This document shows positions 10,731 to 20,649 of a stretch of 64,000 nt of DNA, piece by piece. The notes beneath the pieces are model-generated. The model was not told the origin of the DNA. It was given only the letters and a program-made list of their open reading frames with translations, and ran no database searches. Positions within the stretch are counted from its first letter, which is position 1. Every line of letters begins with the position of its first letter. The DNA is from Candidatus Woesearchaeota archaeon (lineage in GTDB: Archaea > Nanobdellota > Nanobdellia > Woesearchaeales > UBA11576): contig JABJCP010000013.1 of the NCBI GenBank assembly GCA_018668595.1, positions 64,116 to 128,115 on the forward strand, given 5' to 3'. A program made the position numbers and the translations under genes.

Positions 10731-10745
10731 TCAAATCACCTCAAT

Positions 10746-12215
10746 TTAAACATTAATTTCTGAATCAGACTTTCCAATAAGTCCGGCATATTTTTTTAAA
10801 ACAGGATCGACAACGCGAGTTATAAAATCCTCTGTCTGCTCAGGAGCACAACCTGCAAACTTCCAAGGACTTGAAATCATTTCATTCAATTCATCTAACT
10901 CTAAAGGAATAGATTCATCATCAGCAATTCTGAATAATAAATCATTATCTCCTCCTGAATTTTTAACAACCTTGCCTGCAGCAACAGCATGCGTTTTAAC
11001 AAGTTCATGAATATTTTGTCTGCTTTCTCCTCTATCAACACACTCCATAATAATATCTTCTGAAGCCATAAAAGGAAGTTCTGCATTTAGATAACGTGCA
11101 ATTGAATTTTTATAAACAACCATATCTGAAGTGATGTTTTCATAAAGTTTCAAAACAGAGTCACAACAAAGAAATGATTGAGGAATATCAATTCTACGAA
11201 TAGCAGAATCATCAAGTGTTCTTTCAAACCACTGGTTTGCTGCAGTTTGATAAAAATTAAGTGGCTTTGTGAGTAAGAATCTTGCAAGAGAAGTCATACG
11301 CTCACTACGCATAGGATTTCGTTTGTAAGGCATTGCACTACTTCCGGTTTGATTTTGAGCAAAAGGTTCTTCTTGAATTTTAAGATTAGACATGAGTCTC
11401 ATATCCACTGCAAACTTATGTGCAGAAATAGCAATACCTGTTAATGTTTCTGCAAGTTTTGTATCTAATTTTCTAGGATATGTTTGTCCAGTAACTGGAA
11501 AAGACGAATTAAAACCTAACTTTTTTGAAACAATATCGTCGAGCTGTTGAACTTTATCATAATTATTTTTGAATAATTTTAGATAGGATGCCTGAGTTCC
11601 AGTAGTTCCTTTAACACCTCTTGCGTCGAGTACATTATTTTCAAAAAAATCAAGATACTCCAAGTCTGTTAATAAATCCTGAATATATAATGTGTGTCTT
11701 TTTCCAACTGTTGTTGGTTGCGCAGGTTGGTAATGAGTATAACCTAAAGTTACTAAATCTTTATGCTCGAATGCAAAATTTCTTAAATTAGAAATTACAG
11801 AAACAAGACCTTCTCGAATATAATTTACTCCTTTTTTTATTTGAAGAAGTTCAGAATTACAAGTAACAAAACAACTAGTAGCACCAAGATGAATAATTGG
11901 TTCTGCATTAGGACATTGTTGTCCAAAAGCATAAACATGCGCCATAACATCATGCCTTATTTCATTTTCTTTTTGCTTTGCAACATCAAAATTAATATTA
12001 TCTACAAATTGACTAAGATCATAAACTTGACTTTCAGTTACAATAAGATTATCTTCACTATCTTTAAGACCCATTTCATTTTGAGCCTGTGCTAAAGCAA
12101 CCCAACATTCTCTCCATAAAGAAAACTTTGTCTGATTAGAGAAAAGTTCTTGCATTCTTTTGCTAGTATATCTTCCGACCAATGGTTCGACATAAATATC
12201 GTTTATGTTTTGCAT
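10746..12215 (-). CDS. purB: Adenylosuccinate lyase
   Basis: RHDVMAH, IHLGATS, GYTHYQPAQPTTVGKR, GSSAMPYKRNP, ERTLDDSAIRR. Confidence 0.97.
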   Translation of the reverse strand: MQNINDIYVEPLVGRYTSKRMQELFSNQTKFSLWRECWVALAQAQNEMGLKDSEDNLIVTESQVYDLSQFVDNINFDVAKQKENEIRHDVMAHVYAFGQQCPNAEPIIHLGATSCFVTCNSELLQIKKGVNYIREGLVSVISNLRNFAFEHKDLVTLGYTHYQPAQPTTVGKRHTLYIQDLLTDLEYLDFFENNVLDARGVKGTTGTQASYLKLFKNNYDKVQQLDDIVSKKLGFNSSFPVTGQTYPRKLDTKLAETLTGIAISAHKFAVDMRLMSNLKIQEEPFAQNQTGSSAMPYKRNPMRSERMTSLARFLLTKPLNFYQTAANQWFERTLDDSAIRRIDIPQSFLCCDSVLKLYENITSDMVVYKNSIARYLNAELPFMASEDIIMECVDRGESRQNIHELVKTHAVAAGKVVKNSGGDNDLLFRIADDESIPLELDELNEMISSPWKFAGCAPEQTEDFITRVVDPVLKKYAGLIGKSDSEINV

Positions 12216-12239
12216 TTTGGATACCTCAGTTTATTTATC

Positions 12240-13559
12240 TTAATGTTTGAATAATCTTTGACCTGTAAATAACATCGGAACATGCACTTTATTGCAAGCC
12301 TCAATTACTTGATAATCATTAATACTTCCGCCAGGTTGAACAACTCCTGCTATTCCCTGTGCAAGTCCTACCTCTACACCGTCGGGAAATGGAAAAAAAC
12401 CATCTGAAATCATAATACTACAATCAAGACCTGCACAATTTTTTGAAACTTCTGAATTAATTAATTCTGCTTGACTTGTTGTGATATCTGCGTAGGGTAT
12501 TTTATATTTTAACCAAGCAGCACGATCTTTTGCTTTATCATATGCTTTTGCAACTGCAATCTTTGCAACACCAACACGATCCTGCTCGCCCGTACCAATA
12601 GCCACAGTAGTTTCGTCTTTTACAAAAATAATTGAATTTGACGTAACTCCATACTCTACTGCTAAACCAAACTCAACATCAGGTTTTAGATCTGTAGAAA
12701 AATTAGATGCTGATTTGTATTTTTGTTTTCTATACGTATGATGTGCAGGAACTAAATTTTCAAAAGAATTATTTAACTTCTGATTAAGCTGTAGAACCAT
12801 ACCCCCATCAGATAATGATTTAAATTCTAAATAATTAGAATTAACAAAATCCTGAAGACGATTTATGTTCTTTATTTTAATAATTCTCAAATTTTTCTTT
12901 TTTTCAAACAAGTCCAAAACGCCATCTTCAAACTCAGGAGCTGCAATAACCTCTGCATAATTATCACAAATAGACTCTGCAGTAATTTTATCAATAGATT
13001 GATTAAAAACAACTGCGCCACCAAAAGCAGCAACACGATCTGCAAGGTTTGCAGTCTGATATGCTTTGACGAGAGAATCTTTTCTTGACACACCACAAGG
13101 ATTATTATGCTTAACAATAACACAACTTGGTCTGGCTCCTAAATATTTTAAAATGTTTAAAGCAGAATCAACATCAGTCAAATTAATTTTGCCAGGATGT
13201 TTGCCTGATTGAACTAATTCAGGAAATGAAACCAAATAATTATCAGGAGAAATAATCTCTATATCACCAATAAGAAGATTTCCATTAATTAATCTATACA
13301 GTGCTGCGGGCTGATCTGGATTTTCACCATAACGCAAACCTTTTTTTTCATATAATCCTGAATCTTTATTTAAGATGCCCCACTCGGTTTTTGCATATAA
13401 CAAAGATTGACCATCAATAATATTTCCAGTGGACTCGTCTATTGCATCAAAAAAAGTTTGACGAATAAATCTAGGAAAAGGATCGTCATTTATTGTCTTG
13501 TATATTGTTTGGAGTTTAGATTTTGAACTATTTTTCAAATTTTGTTTATCATTTTTCAA
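12240..13559 (-). CDS. purH: AICAR transformylase domain protein (C-terminal half of split PurH)
   Basis: LRYGENPDQPAALY, VKHNNPCG, DRVAAFGG, SNSI, SDGFFPFPDG, QPGGSIND, TGQRLFKH; likely TTG start at 13559 after GGGTGA. Confidence 0.92.
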   Translation of the reverse strand: MKNDKQNLKNSSKSKLQTIYKTINDDPFPRFIRQTFFDAIDESTGNIIDGQSLLYAKTEWGILNKDSGLYEKKGLRYGENPDQPAALYRLINGNLLIGDIEIISPDNYLVSFPELVQSGKHPGKINLTDVDSALNILKYLGARPSCVIVKHNNPCGVSRKDSLVKAYQTANLADRVAAFGGAVVFNQSIDKITAESICDNYAEVIAAPEFEDGVLDLFEKKKNLRIIKIKNINRLQDFVNSNYLEFKSLSDGGMVLQLNQKLNNSFENLVPAHHTYRKQKYKSASNFSTDLKPDVEFGLAVEYGVTSNSIIFVKDETTVAIGTGEQDRVGVAKIAVAKAYDKAKDRAAWLKYKIPYADITTSQAELINSEVSKNCAGLDCSIMISDGFFPFPDGVEVGLAQGIAGVVQPGGSINDYQVIEACNKVHVPMLFTGQRLFKH

Positions 13560-13560
13560 T

Positions 13561-14271
13561 TTATTCACCCAGTTTATTAAGTATTGTTGGATATGCAAAA
13601 CTAATATCTTTCACTGTTCTCGTAATAAAATAATTTGCAATCAAAGAATCATATTGCGCAGTATGAATAAATGCTTGCTGTGCACAATATAATCTAAATT
13701 TAAGATTTGTATGTCCTTTAGTTTGTTTTAATTTATCTATTAAAAAAGGATAATCTGCAGGATTAACAACAACTCCAACTCTTAAAAAGTTTTTTGCAGC
13801 AGCTCTAACCATGCTCGGACCACCAATATCAATATTACCTCGCGCATCTTCAAAATGAACAGGATCTTTACCAGATTTATTTGAAATAACCTGAGAAAAA
13901 GGATAAAGATTGCACACAACAAGATCAATAGGTTCTGCATTTTCTCGTCTAAGATCATCTTGGTGTGCTTGCGAATAAGTTTCAGTTAAGTAACCTAAAA
14001 AAAGTTTATGGTGCAAGGTTTTAACAAGACCCCCTTCTGTTGGAGGCATATCAGTATATGATTTTACATCGCTCAAATTTTTAAATGAATTTTCTCCTAA
14101 AATCTCAGTTATCTTTTTGTAAGTTCCGCCAGTAGAATAAATATTCACACCAGGAATAATTTTAATTAAATCATGGATGAGCTGGTCTAAACCTGATTTA
14201 TCAGACACACTAATCACTACATTTTTTATTTTTACCAAATCATCAATTTGTTCTACACGACGAATAGACAT
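13561..14271 (-). CDS. purH: IMP cyclohydrolase (MGS-like N-terminal half of split PurH)
   Basis: ISVSDKSGL, STGGT, GLVKTLH, IDLVVCNLYPF, NIDIGGPSMVRAAAKNF. Confidence 0.92.
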   Translation of the reverse strand: MSIRRVEQIDDLVKIKNVVISVSDKSGLDQLIHDLIKIIPGVNIYSTGGTYKKITEILGENSFKNLSDVKSYTDMPPTEGGLVKTLHHKLFLGYLTETYSQAHQDDLRRENAEPIDLVVCNLYPFSQVISNKSGKDPVHFEDARGNIDIGGPSMVRAAAKNFLRVGVVVNPADYPFLIDKLKQTKGHTNLKFRLYCAQQAFIHTAQYDSLIANYFITRTVKDISFAYPTILNKLGE

Positions 14272-14274
14272 TGT

Positions 14275-15294
14275 TTATACGCCCTCTTCATTAAAATTTT
14301 TTTTCATATAAACCGGATGGATGTTTAGTCCATGAAAATTAAAATTAATATCAAAACCTCGATTTCTTAGTTTTGAAATTCCTCTATACAAGTAAGTAAA
14401 TTCTAAACTGTTTGGCGTGTTTTTTGGGATGTAATAACCGCACAAGTTAGGATTTATTATGTTACCCTCTTTTTTTATTTTGATCTCATCATAAAATTCA
14501 TCAAATGAAAGAATAAACTCATACTTCTTTGATTTATCTTCTCCTTCAAATACATTTAACATATAATCGATTTTGTTTCTTTGCATTTTTTCTAAATTAA
14601 TTTCAACTTCAGAATCATTATTAAAAATCACTTTACCTTCTGCGAACCATTGAAGACAGGTTGAAATTTGATCATATTCTAAGTTCTTGCCTCTATCACT
14701 TAATGAATCTGAGTCGTCATCAAGAGTTATTTTCATTGGAGTTTGACAAATCACAGGACCGTGATCTACTTTATCGTTGACAAAATGAAATGTTACACAA
14801 GTCCAGTCATTTCTTCTCACTGCATCTTTGTGATAACCTAATGCCCAATCATAACCTCCAATCCCTTGAAATTCTAAGGGTGCAGGGTGAGTATTTAGAA
14901 CACGATTTGGAAATTTAGACAGGAAATGGCCTGTGATGATTCTTTCATATCCTAATAAAACAACATAATCAGGATTGTATTCTAAAAGTCCTTTCTGATT
15001 ATTGTAACCTTTAAGCAGTCTCTCTTCCTGAAGAATTCTTTCGAGTAGTTTACGTTCTTTTCTTTTTGTGCTTTCTAAATTTGAACTTGTAATTTTTTGA
15101 ACTGGAACTGAAAGTGTTGGAATGTTATGATTTTTTGCACGCCCTAATGCAAAACATTCTGGCTCGTCGCTAAAAACACAAACCACTTCAAAATCAAAAT
15201 CAGGTTTGAAACTGTTATCGATAACACTTTGCAAACAAGTTCCACTACCTGAAGCTCCAACTGCAAGTTTTAATTTATTGTTAAGTTTATTCAT
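14275..15294 (-). CDS. purN: Folate-dependent GAR transformylase with C-terminal extension
   Basis: ASGSGTCLQS, LLGYERI, LNTHPA, TFHFVNDKVDHGPVICQ. Confidence 0.92.
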   Translation of the reverse strand: MNKLNNKLKLAVGASGSGTCLQSVIDNSFKPDFDFEVVCVFSDEPECFALGRAKNHNIPTLSVPVQKITSSNLESTKRKERKLLERILQEERLLKGYNNQKGLLEYNPDYVVLLGYERIITGHFLSKFPNRVLNTHPAPLEFQGIGGYDWALGYHKDAVRRNDWTCVTFHFVNDKVDHGPVICQTPMKITLDDDSDSLSDRGKNLEYDQISTCLQWFAEGKVIFNNDSEVEINLEKMQRNKIDYMLNVFEGEDKSKKYEFILSFDEFYDEIKIKKEGNIINPNLCGYYIPKNTPNSLEFTYLYRGISKLRNRGFDINFNFHGLNIHPVYMKKNFNEEGV

Positions 15295-16597
15295 TTTCGA
15301 AGTTATTTTTACCTATATCTGTACGATATGCACTATTATCAAACTTTATGATTTTAATAGCACTGTATGCTCTATCAACTGCATCCAAATGATCTGTGCC
15401 AAGAGCAGTAATTCCTAACACTCTCCCCCCTGCAGTTCTGACGATTGATTCATCTTTTTTAGTGCCTGCATGAAACGCATAAAATCCATTTAATTCAGAA
15501 ATCTCAGTTAACTGTTTTAAACCCAAAATCTTACAACCAGACCTGTACTTTCCAGGATATAACTTTGAAACTGCAACAACACAACAAGCATGAGCCTGTT
15601 TATTACTCCACTCAAATCCATCTAATTTTTTTTCGATAATTGCTTGGCCAAGTTCATACCAATCATTATTATTTAGTGGAACAATAACTTGCGTCTCTGG
15701 ATCTCCTAAACGTACATTATATTCGAGAACCTTAGGTCCTTCATCTGTTAACATAAGTGCAATATATAAAAATCCTTTATAATCAAAATTCTCTGCTCGT
15801 AAACCTTCCAATGTTGGTTCAATAATAGTATCTTCAATTATTTGATCAAGTTCTTTTGTTATAAGTTTTGTTGGAGCATAAGCACCCATACCCCCTGTGT
15901 TGGGACCTTTATCATTATTGAATCTCCTTTTATGATCTCTAGAATAAGATAATTTTTTGTAAGATTTACCGTCGGTAACTAAAGTTAAACTAACTTCAGG
16001 TCCAACCAAACACTCTTCTAAAATATAATCATTACCTGCAGAACCAAAATTATTTTTTAAATTTTTAATTGCTTTAATTGCTTCAGATTTAGAATTACAA
16101 ACATAAACTCCTTTACCCGCACAAAGACCATCTGCTTTAACAACAATAGGCGCTCCAACAATATTGATATATTCTATGCCAAGATCTACAGAACTGTTTT
16201 TGAACGGAACAAAATTAGGAATAGGAATATTATATTTTTTCATAAACTCTCTTGCGAAAATTTTACTCCCTTCTAAAACTGCTGAACGTTTATTTGGCGC
16301 TATTATGTTAAGATTTGCAATTTCAAAAGCATCAGCAATTCCTTTAACTAAAGAATCTTCAGGACCAACCCAAGTTTGATCAATGTTATTATCTTTTGCA
16401 AAATTAACTAATGCAGAAATATCATTTGGAGAAATGTTTATGTTTAATTTAGTACCTCCATTACCCTGTGCGCAAAAAACTTTATCAACATGTTTACTTT
16501 GAGAAAGTTTCCAACACAAAACATGTTCTCGTCCTCCACTTCCAACTACTAGAATATTTTTCCCTTTTTTTTCTTCTTGTTTAATTCCCTTCTTCAT
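15287..16597 (-). CDS. purD: Phosphoribosylamine-glycine ligase
   Basis: VVGSGGREH, VGPE, LEGSK, KADGLCAGKGV, GPNTGGMGAY, EYNVRLGDPETQ, FHAGT; ATG at 16597 after AGGTGA. Confidence 0.97.
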   Translation of the reverse strand: MKKGIKQEEKKGKNILVVGSGGREHVLCWKLSQSKHVDKVFCAQGNGGTKLNINISPNDISALVNFAKDNNIDQTWVGPEDSLVKGIADAFEIANLNIIAPNKRSAVLEGSKIFAREFMKKYNIPIPNFVPFKNSSVDLGIEYINIVGAPIVVKADGLCAGKGVYVCNSKSEAIKAIKNLKNNFGSAGNDYILEECLVGPEVSLTLVTDGKSYKKLSYSRDHKRRFNNDKGPNTGGMGAYAPTKLITKELDQIIEDTIIEPTLEGLRAENFDYKGFLYIALMLTDEGPKVLEYNVRLGDPETQVIVPLNNNDWYELGQAIIEKKLDGFEWSNKQAHACCVVAVSKLYPGKYRSGCKILGLKQLTEISELNGFYAFHAGTKKDESIVRTAGGRVLGITALGTDHLDAVDRAYSAIKIIKFDNSAYRTDIGKNNFENE

Positions 16598-16627
16598 CAA
16601 ATCACCTTTTTTTAACTTAACTATGCT

Positions 16628-16704
16628 ATTAACTAAAATAATTAACCGCAATATCAAAAATAATTAAATGCATTAACTAAAATAATTAAATGCAATATCA
16701 AAAA
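16628..16704 (+). repeat. Tandem duplication with ~44-bp period (ATTAACTAAAATAATTAA..GCAATATCAAAA) between purQ and purD
   Basis: Copies start at about 16628 and 16672, with an internal 22-bp sub-period. Confidence 0.7.
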
Positions 16705-17552
16705 TAGTTAACTGCATTATCAAAAATAGTTAAACAATCTGTAAACTTAGGCATATCAATATCCATTCTAGATCTATACTCTCTATCAAGTGTAAAAAAT
16801 TCATTTTGAACAGAATAAATTGCGCGTTCTGGATGAGGCATTAAACCAAAAAATCTTCCAGAAGGATCACAAATACCTGCAATGTCGTCAAGAGAACCAT
16901 TAGGATTTGCATCACCTATTGCTTTTGAACCATCCTTGTTTATATATTTCAAAACAATTTGATTTGAACTTCTTAATTGCTCCATAATATTTTCGGGAGC
17001 ATAAAATCTCCCTTCACCATGTGCTATAGGCAGGTGAAGTCTACTAATGTTTTTTGTCCAAACACAACCAGTTCCTAATTCTTCAGACTTAACATATTCT
17101 TGATCTTCAGATTCGATATATTCTTGATTATTAGAAAGATAAACCCAAAGATCTCTGTATCTTGCAGATGAATTAAACGTGAGTGCAGTTTTTGAAGTTC
17201 CATAATTTTTATCTCCTATAGGAAAAAAACCAAGATGCGACATAATTTGAAATCCATTACAAATACCAATTGCAAGAGTATCTCGCTCTATGAATTTTTC
17301 TATTTGTTCGCTAAGATTATCTCTAACAATATTTGCATAAGCAAGACCAGAACCCGTATCATCACCCATACTAAAACCACCAGGAAAAACAAGAATGTTA
17401 CAATCATCAATTAAAAATTTATTTTCGATAATATCAGTAATATGAACAATTTGAGTTTTTGCACCGACGAGATCGAAAGCATGAGCTGTTTCGCGCTCGC
17501 AGTTAATACCATAACCGCTCATGATTAAAGTTTTTGGTTTGAATTCGCTCAA
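16698..17552 (-). CDS. purQ: FGAM synthase glutaminase subunit
   Basis: GYGINCERE, PGGFSMGD, GICNGFQ, PIAHGEG, NPNGS, GLMPHPER. Confidence 0.96.
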   Translation of the reverse strand: MSEFKPKTLIMSGYGINCERETAHAFDLVGAKTQIVHITDIIENKFLIDDCNILVFPGGFSMGDDTGSGLAYANIVRDNLSEQIEKFIERDTLAIGICNGFQIMSHLGFFPIGDKNYGTSKTALTFNSSARYRDLWVYLSNNQEYIESEDQEYVKSEELGTGCVWTKNISRLHLPIAHGEGRFYAPENIMEQLRSSNQIVLKYINKDGSKAIGDANPNGSLDDIAGICDPSGRFFGLMPHPERAIYSVQNEFFTLDREYRSRMDIDMPKFTDCLTIFDNAVNYF

Positions 17553-17553
17553 A

Positions 17554-20500
17554 TTAATAACCCCTCAATGTTTTTTTATAAGCCTCAGAGAGATCATTTA
17601 TTGATGAATCAATAATTTTCTTATCACTTTTTGAAATAGTGAATGAATTATTCTCTGAAACAAAACCAATACATGCATAAGGAATTTTGTTTAACTTATT
17701 TTCGAACAAATATTTTTTTTCAGGATCGACAGTCACAACAAATCTGCTTTGAGACTCAGAAAATAAAACATGATCTATGCGCTTAACAAGATATGCTGCA
17801 GGAGAACATAATAAACTATCCAATTCTATTTGCATTCCCAATTGCCCTCCAATAGCAATTTTTGCTAACGTAACTCCAATACCCCCTACACCAACAGACG
17901 CGCAACTAGCGACCAGGCCAGATTCAATAATATTCTCCACTGTTCTATAAACCTCCAGTGCAAAAGTAGCATTAACTGATGGAACAATTCCTCCAACAAA
18001 TTCGCGATTTCTATTAGGATCAGATTCTCCAATCATTGCGTGATACTCTGATCCCCCTAATTCTTTTTTTGTACTGTTAATTATATAAACCAAATCACCA
18101 GGAACTTTAGCCTCCAATGTTTGACATTTGCGTACATCAGGAATAATACTTTGACCAGAAATAAGAAGAGCAGGGAGTGCATCAATTTTAACAGTATTTC
18201 CATTTTCATCGAATCCCTTGAATGTATTAAACATACTATCTTTTCCAGAAACAAAAGGCGTTTGATAAACAGTTGCATAATCAAAACATGCTTTTGCTGC
18301 TCTCTTTAATTGACCAAGACGCTCAGGCTCGTCGCTGGAACACCAACAAAAATTATCCAACAAAACCATTCTATCAAGTTTAGCTCCTGCTGCAATCATA
18401 TTTCTCACCGCAGTATCAATTGCACAACTAGCCATATGATATGTATCAATAAGACTATATCTTGGATAAAGAGATTGCGTAGACACAACTCCTTTCATAG
18501 AACTCAAAACTGGTCGAGTGATGGTCGCATCAGAATCAACTTTTCCTTTACCAACCATTGGCTTAATTACAGAACCTCCTTGAACCTCATGATCAAACTG
18601 TTCATAAATAAATTCTTTACTACAAATGTTTAATCTTGAAAGCATGGAATTAAGAGTATTTGTAAGATCATTTTGTTCTTTAATAAACGGTTCTTCATGT
18701 TTGTAAAGATCAGGTGTCCAAGTTGTTTTTAAATTTCTCTGAGGAAGACCATCATGAAAAAAATCAAGATCTAAGTCGAGAACTAGTTCTCCATTGAATG
18801 ATGCGACTGCTTTTTTTGAATCATTAAATTCTCCAATAACTGTTGCCTCGACATCATGTTTTTTTGAAATTTTCATAAATTCGACTATTTTGTTTTTTGG
18901 AACTGAAAAAGTAAAACGCTCTTGAGATTCAGAAATAAGAATTTGATCAGGACGCATACCAGGATATTTTAAAGGTACTTTGTTTAAATCTATATTTGCT
19001 CCACCAGACTCCTTTGCCATTTCATAAACAGAACAAGAAAGACCTCCTGCACCATTATCAGTAATTGACGTGTATAGATTTTTATCTCTTAGTTCTTTAA
19101 CAATTGCATCGCTTGATTTTTTCTGAGTAATAGGATCTCCAATTTGCACAGCACTTGCAGGTGAACCTGAATCCATAGATTCACTAGAAAAAGTTGCACC
19201 ATGAATACCATCAAGACCGACTCTACCGCCAAGCATAACCACAAGATCTCCTGATTTTGCTTTTTTCTCCCAAGAATTCCGATTTGCAGATTTGAGTGGA
19301 AGAATTCCATCAACACCGACAAAAACTAAAGGCTTGCCACTAAATGAATCATGAAAAAAAGCACTACCTTGAGGCGTTGGAATACCTGATTTATTTCCTC
19401 CATCTTTAACACCTTCAATAACACCATCCATAATACTTCTCGGACTAAGAATTTTTTGTTCAAGAAGTCCACTTTCTTGATTTTTATTTTTGAAAAGTTG
19501 ACGTTTACTTTTTGGATCTGCAAAACAAAAAAAGAATCTATGATTATAAGGCATAGCTCCAAGACCTGCACCTACCGCATCACGATCAACTCCAACAATC
19601 CCAGTAATTGCACCACCATAAGGATCTAAAGCTGACGGAGAATTATGAGTTTCAACTTTAACAGTAATTGCGTACTCCTCATTGAATTTAATAATCCCAG
19701 AATTATCTTTGAAAACAGAAAGAAGATAATCCTCTTTTTGTCTATTTTTCCAAGATGTTCTTATTTTATTTGTGGCTCCGCGAATAAACGTTTTGTAAAT
19801 ATTATTAACTGTTGCTGATAATTCGTCATCTAAATTTGCTGCAAAAATTGTGTGTTTGCAATGTTCAGACCAAGTTTGTGCTAAACATTCAAGTTCAACA
19901 TCAGTCGGATCTCTTTTTAGTTTTTCAAAATGTTGTTGAATTATTTTAATAGGAATTCCTTCGTCGACATCTAATGCTAAAGGTCCACGCCTTATTTTTG
20001 TGATTGGATCTAAAATTCCTTGTTTTGCTATAAGTTTAAGTTCAGATTCAGAAATGTCCCTTATTGGAACAACCATTGCAGTTGGCTTATTTTCTAAAAT
20101 AACTTGAGGAACATATGGCAAAAATCCATTATTCAAAAAATCATTTCCTGATTTTACAACAATATTTTCTATAAGAGGATTTGCTAAAATATTGCCAATA
20201 GAATTTAGAATATTTTGATTTAATTCTTGTCCATTAATTAATAAATATCTCGTTGAGTGAACAGATTCGTTCGTGTCGAATAGTTCATTTAATTTTGCTT
20301 CAATTCCTTTTCTTGCAGTTGTTGCAACATTATCTGTAACACCTGGTTTGAAACCAATCTCCAAAGCAAAATCACAATTTTCTTTGAATGAATCATCTAT
20401 TTGATAAATTTGAGAAACCGGATTAGTTAAAGACTCTGCAATTAATTTTAGAGTTTCTTTTGGAACATTTTTATTTATAGTGTATGAATCAACAACATCA

Positions 20501-20622
20501 ACAGAATTAATGTTTGCTTGTGGAATTGCACCTTCCTCCATTAAAGAAATTAATTTATTTTTTATAACTTCTCCTCGAGAATCAATCCCTAATTTATATT
20601 TTACTTCAATTCGATTTGCCAT
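17554..20622 (-). CDS. purL: FGAM synthase PurL with N-terminal PurS-like domains
   Basis: QTWSEHCKH, KVETHNSPSALDPYGGAITG, DGIHGATFSS, TDNGAGG, SESQER, LDNFCW, SGKDSM; N-terminal PGVTDN region. Confidence 0.96.
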   Translation of the reverse strand: MANRIEVKYKLGIDSRGEVIKNKLISLMEEGAIPQANINSVDVVDSYTINKNVPKETLKLIAESLTNPVSQIYQIDDSFKENCDFALEIGFKPGVTDNVATTARKGIEAKLNELFDTNESVHSTRYLLINGQELNQNILNSIGNILANPLIENIVVKSGNDFLNNGFLPYVPQVILENKPTAMVVPIRDISESELKLIAKQGILDPITKIRRGPLALDVDEGIPIKIIQQHFEKLKRDPTDVELECLAQTWSEHCKHTIFAANLDDELSATVNNIYKTFIRGATNKIRTSWKNRQKEDYLLSVFKDNSGIIKFNEEYAITVKVETHNSPSALDPYGGAITGIVGVDRDAVGAGLGAMPYNHRFFFCFADPKSKRQLFKNKNQESGLLEQKILSPRSIMDGVIEGVKDGGNKSGIPTPQGSAFFHDSFSGKPLVFVGVDGILPLKSANRNSWEKKAKSGDLVVMLGGRVGLDGIHGATFSSESMDSGSPASAVQIGDPITQKKSSDAIVKELRDKNLYTSITDNGAGGLSCSVYEMAKESGGANIDLNKVPLKYPGMRPDQILISESQERFTFSVPKNKIVEFMKISKKHDVEATVIGEFNDSKKAVASFNGELVLDLDLDFFHDGLPQRNLKTTWTPDLYKHEEPFIKEQNDLTNTLNSMLSRLNICSKEFIYEQFDHEVQGGSVIKPMVGKGKVDSDATITRPVLSSMKGVVSTQSLYPRYSLIDTYHMASCAIDTAVRNMIAAGAKLDRMVLLDNFCWCSSDEPERLGQLKRAAKACFDYATVYQTPFVSGKDSMFNTFKGFDENGNTVKIDALPALLISGQSIIPDVRKCQTLEAKVPGDLVYIINSTKKELGGSEYHAMIGESDPNRNREFVGGIVPSVNATFALEVYRTVENIIESGLVASCASVGVGGIGVTLAKIAIGGQLGMQIELDSLLCSPAAYLVKRIDHVLFSESQSRFVVTVDPEKKYLFENKLNKIPYACIGFVSENNSFTISKSDKKIIDSSINDLSEAYKKTLRGY

Positions 20623-20649
20623 ACGCCCATACCTTGATTGATACCTTAC

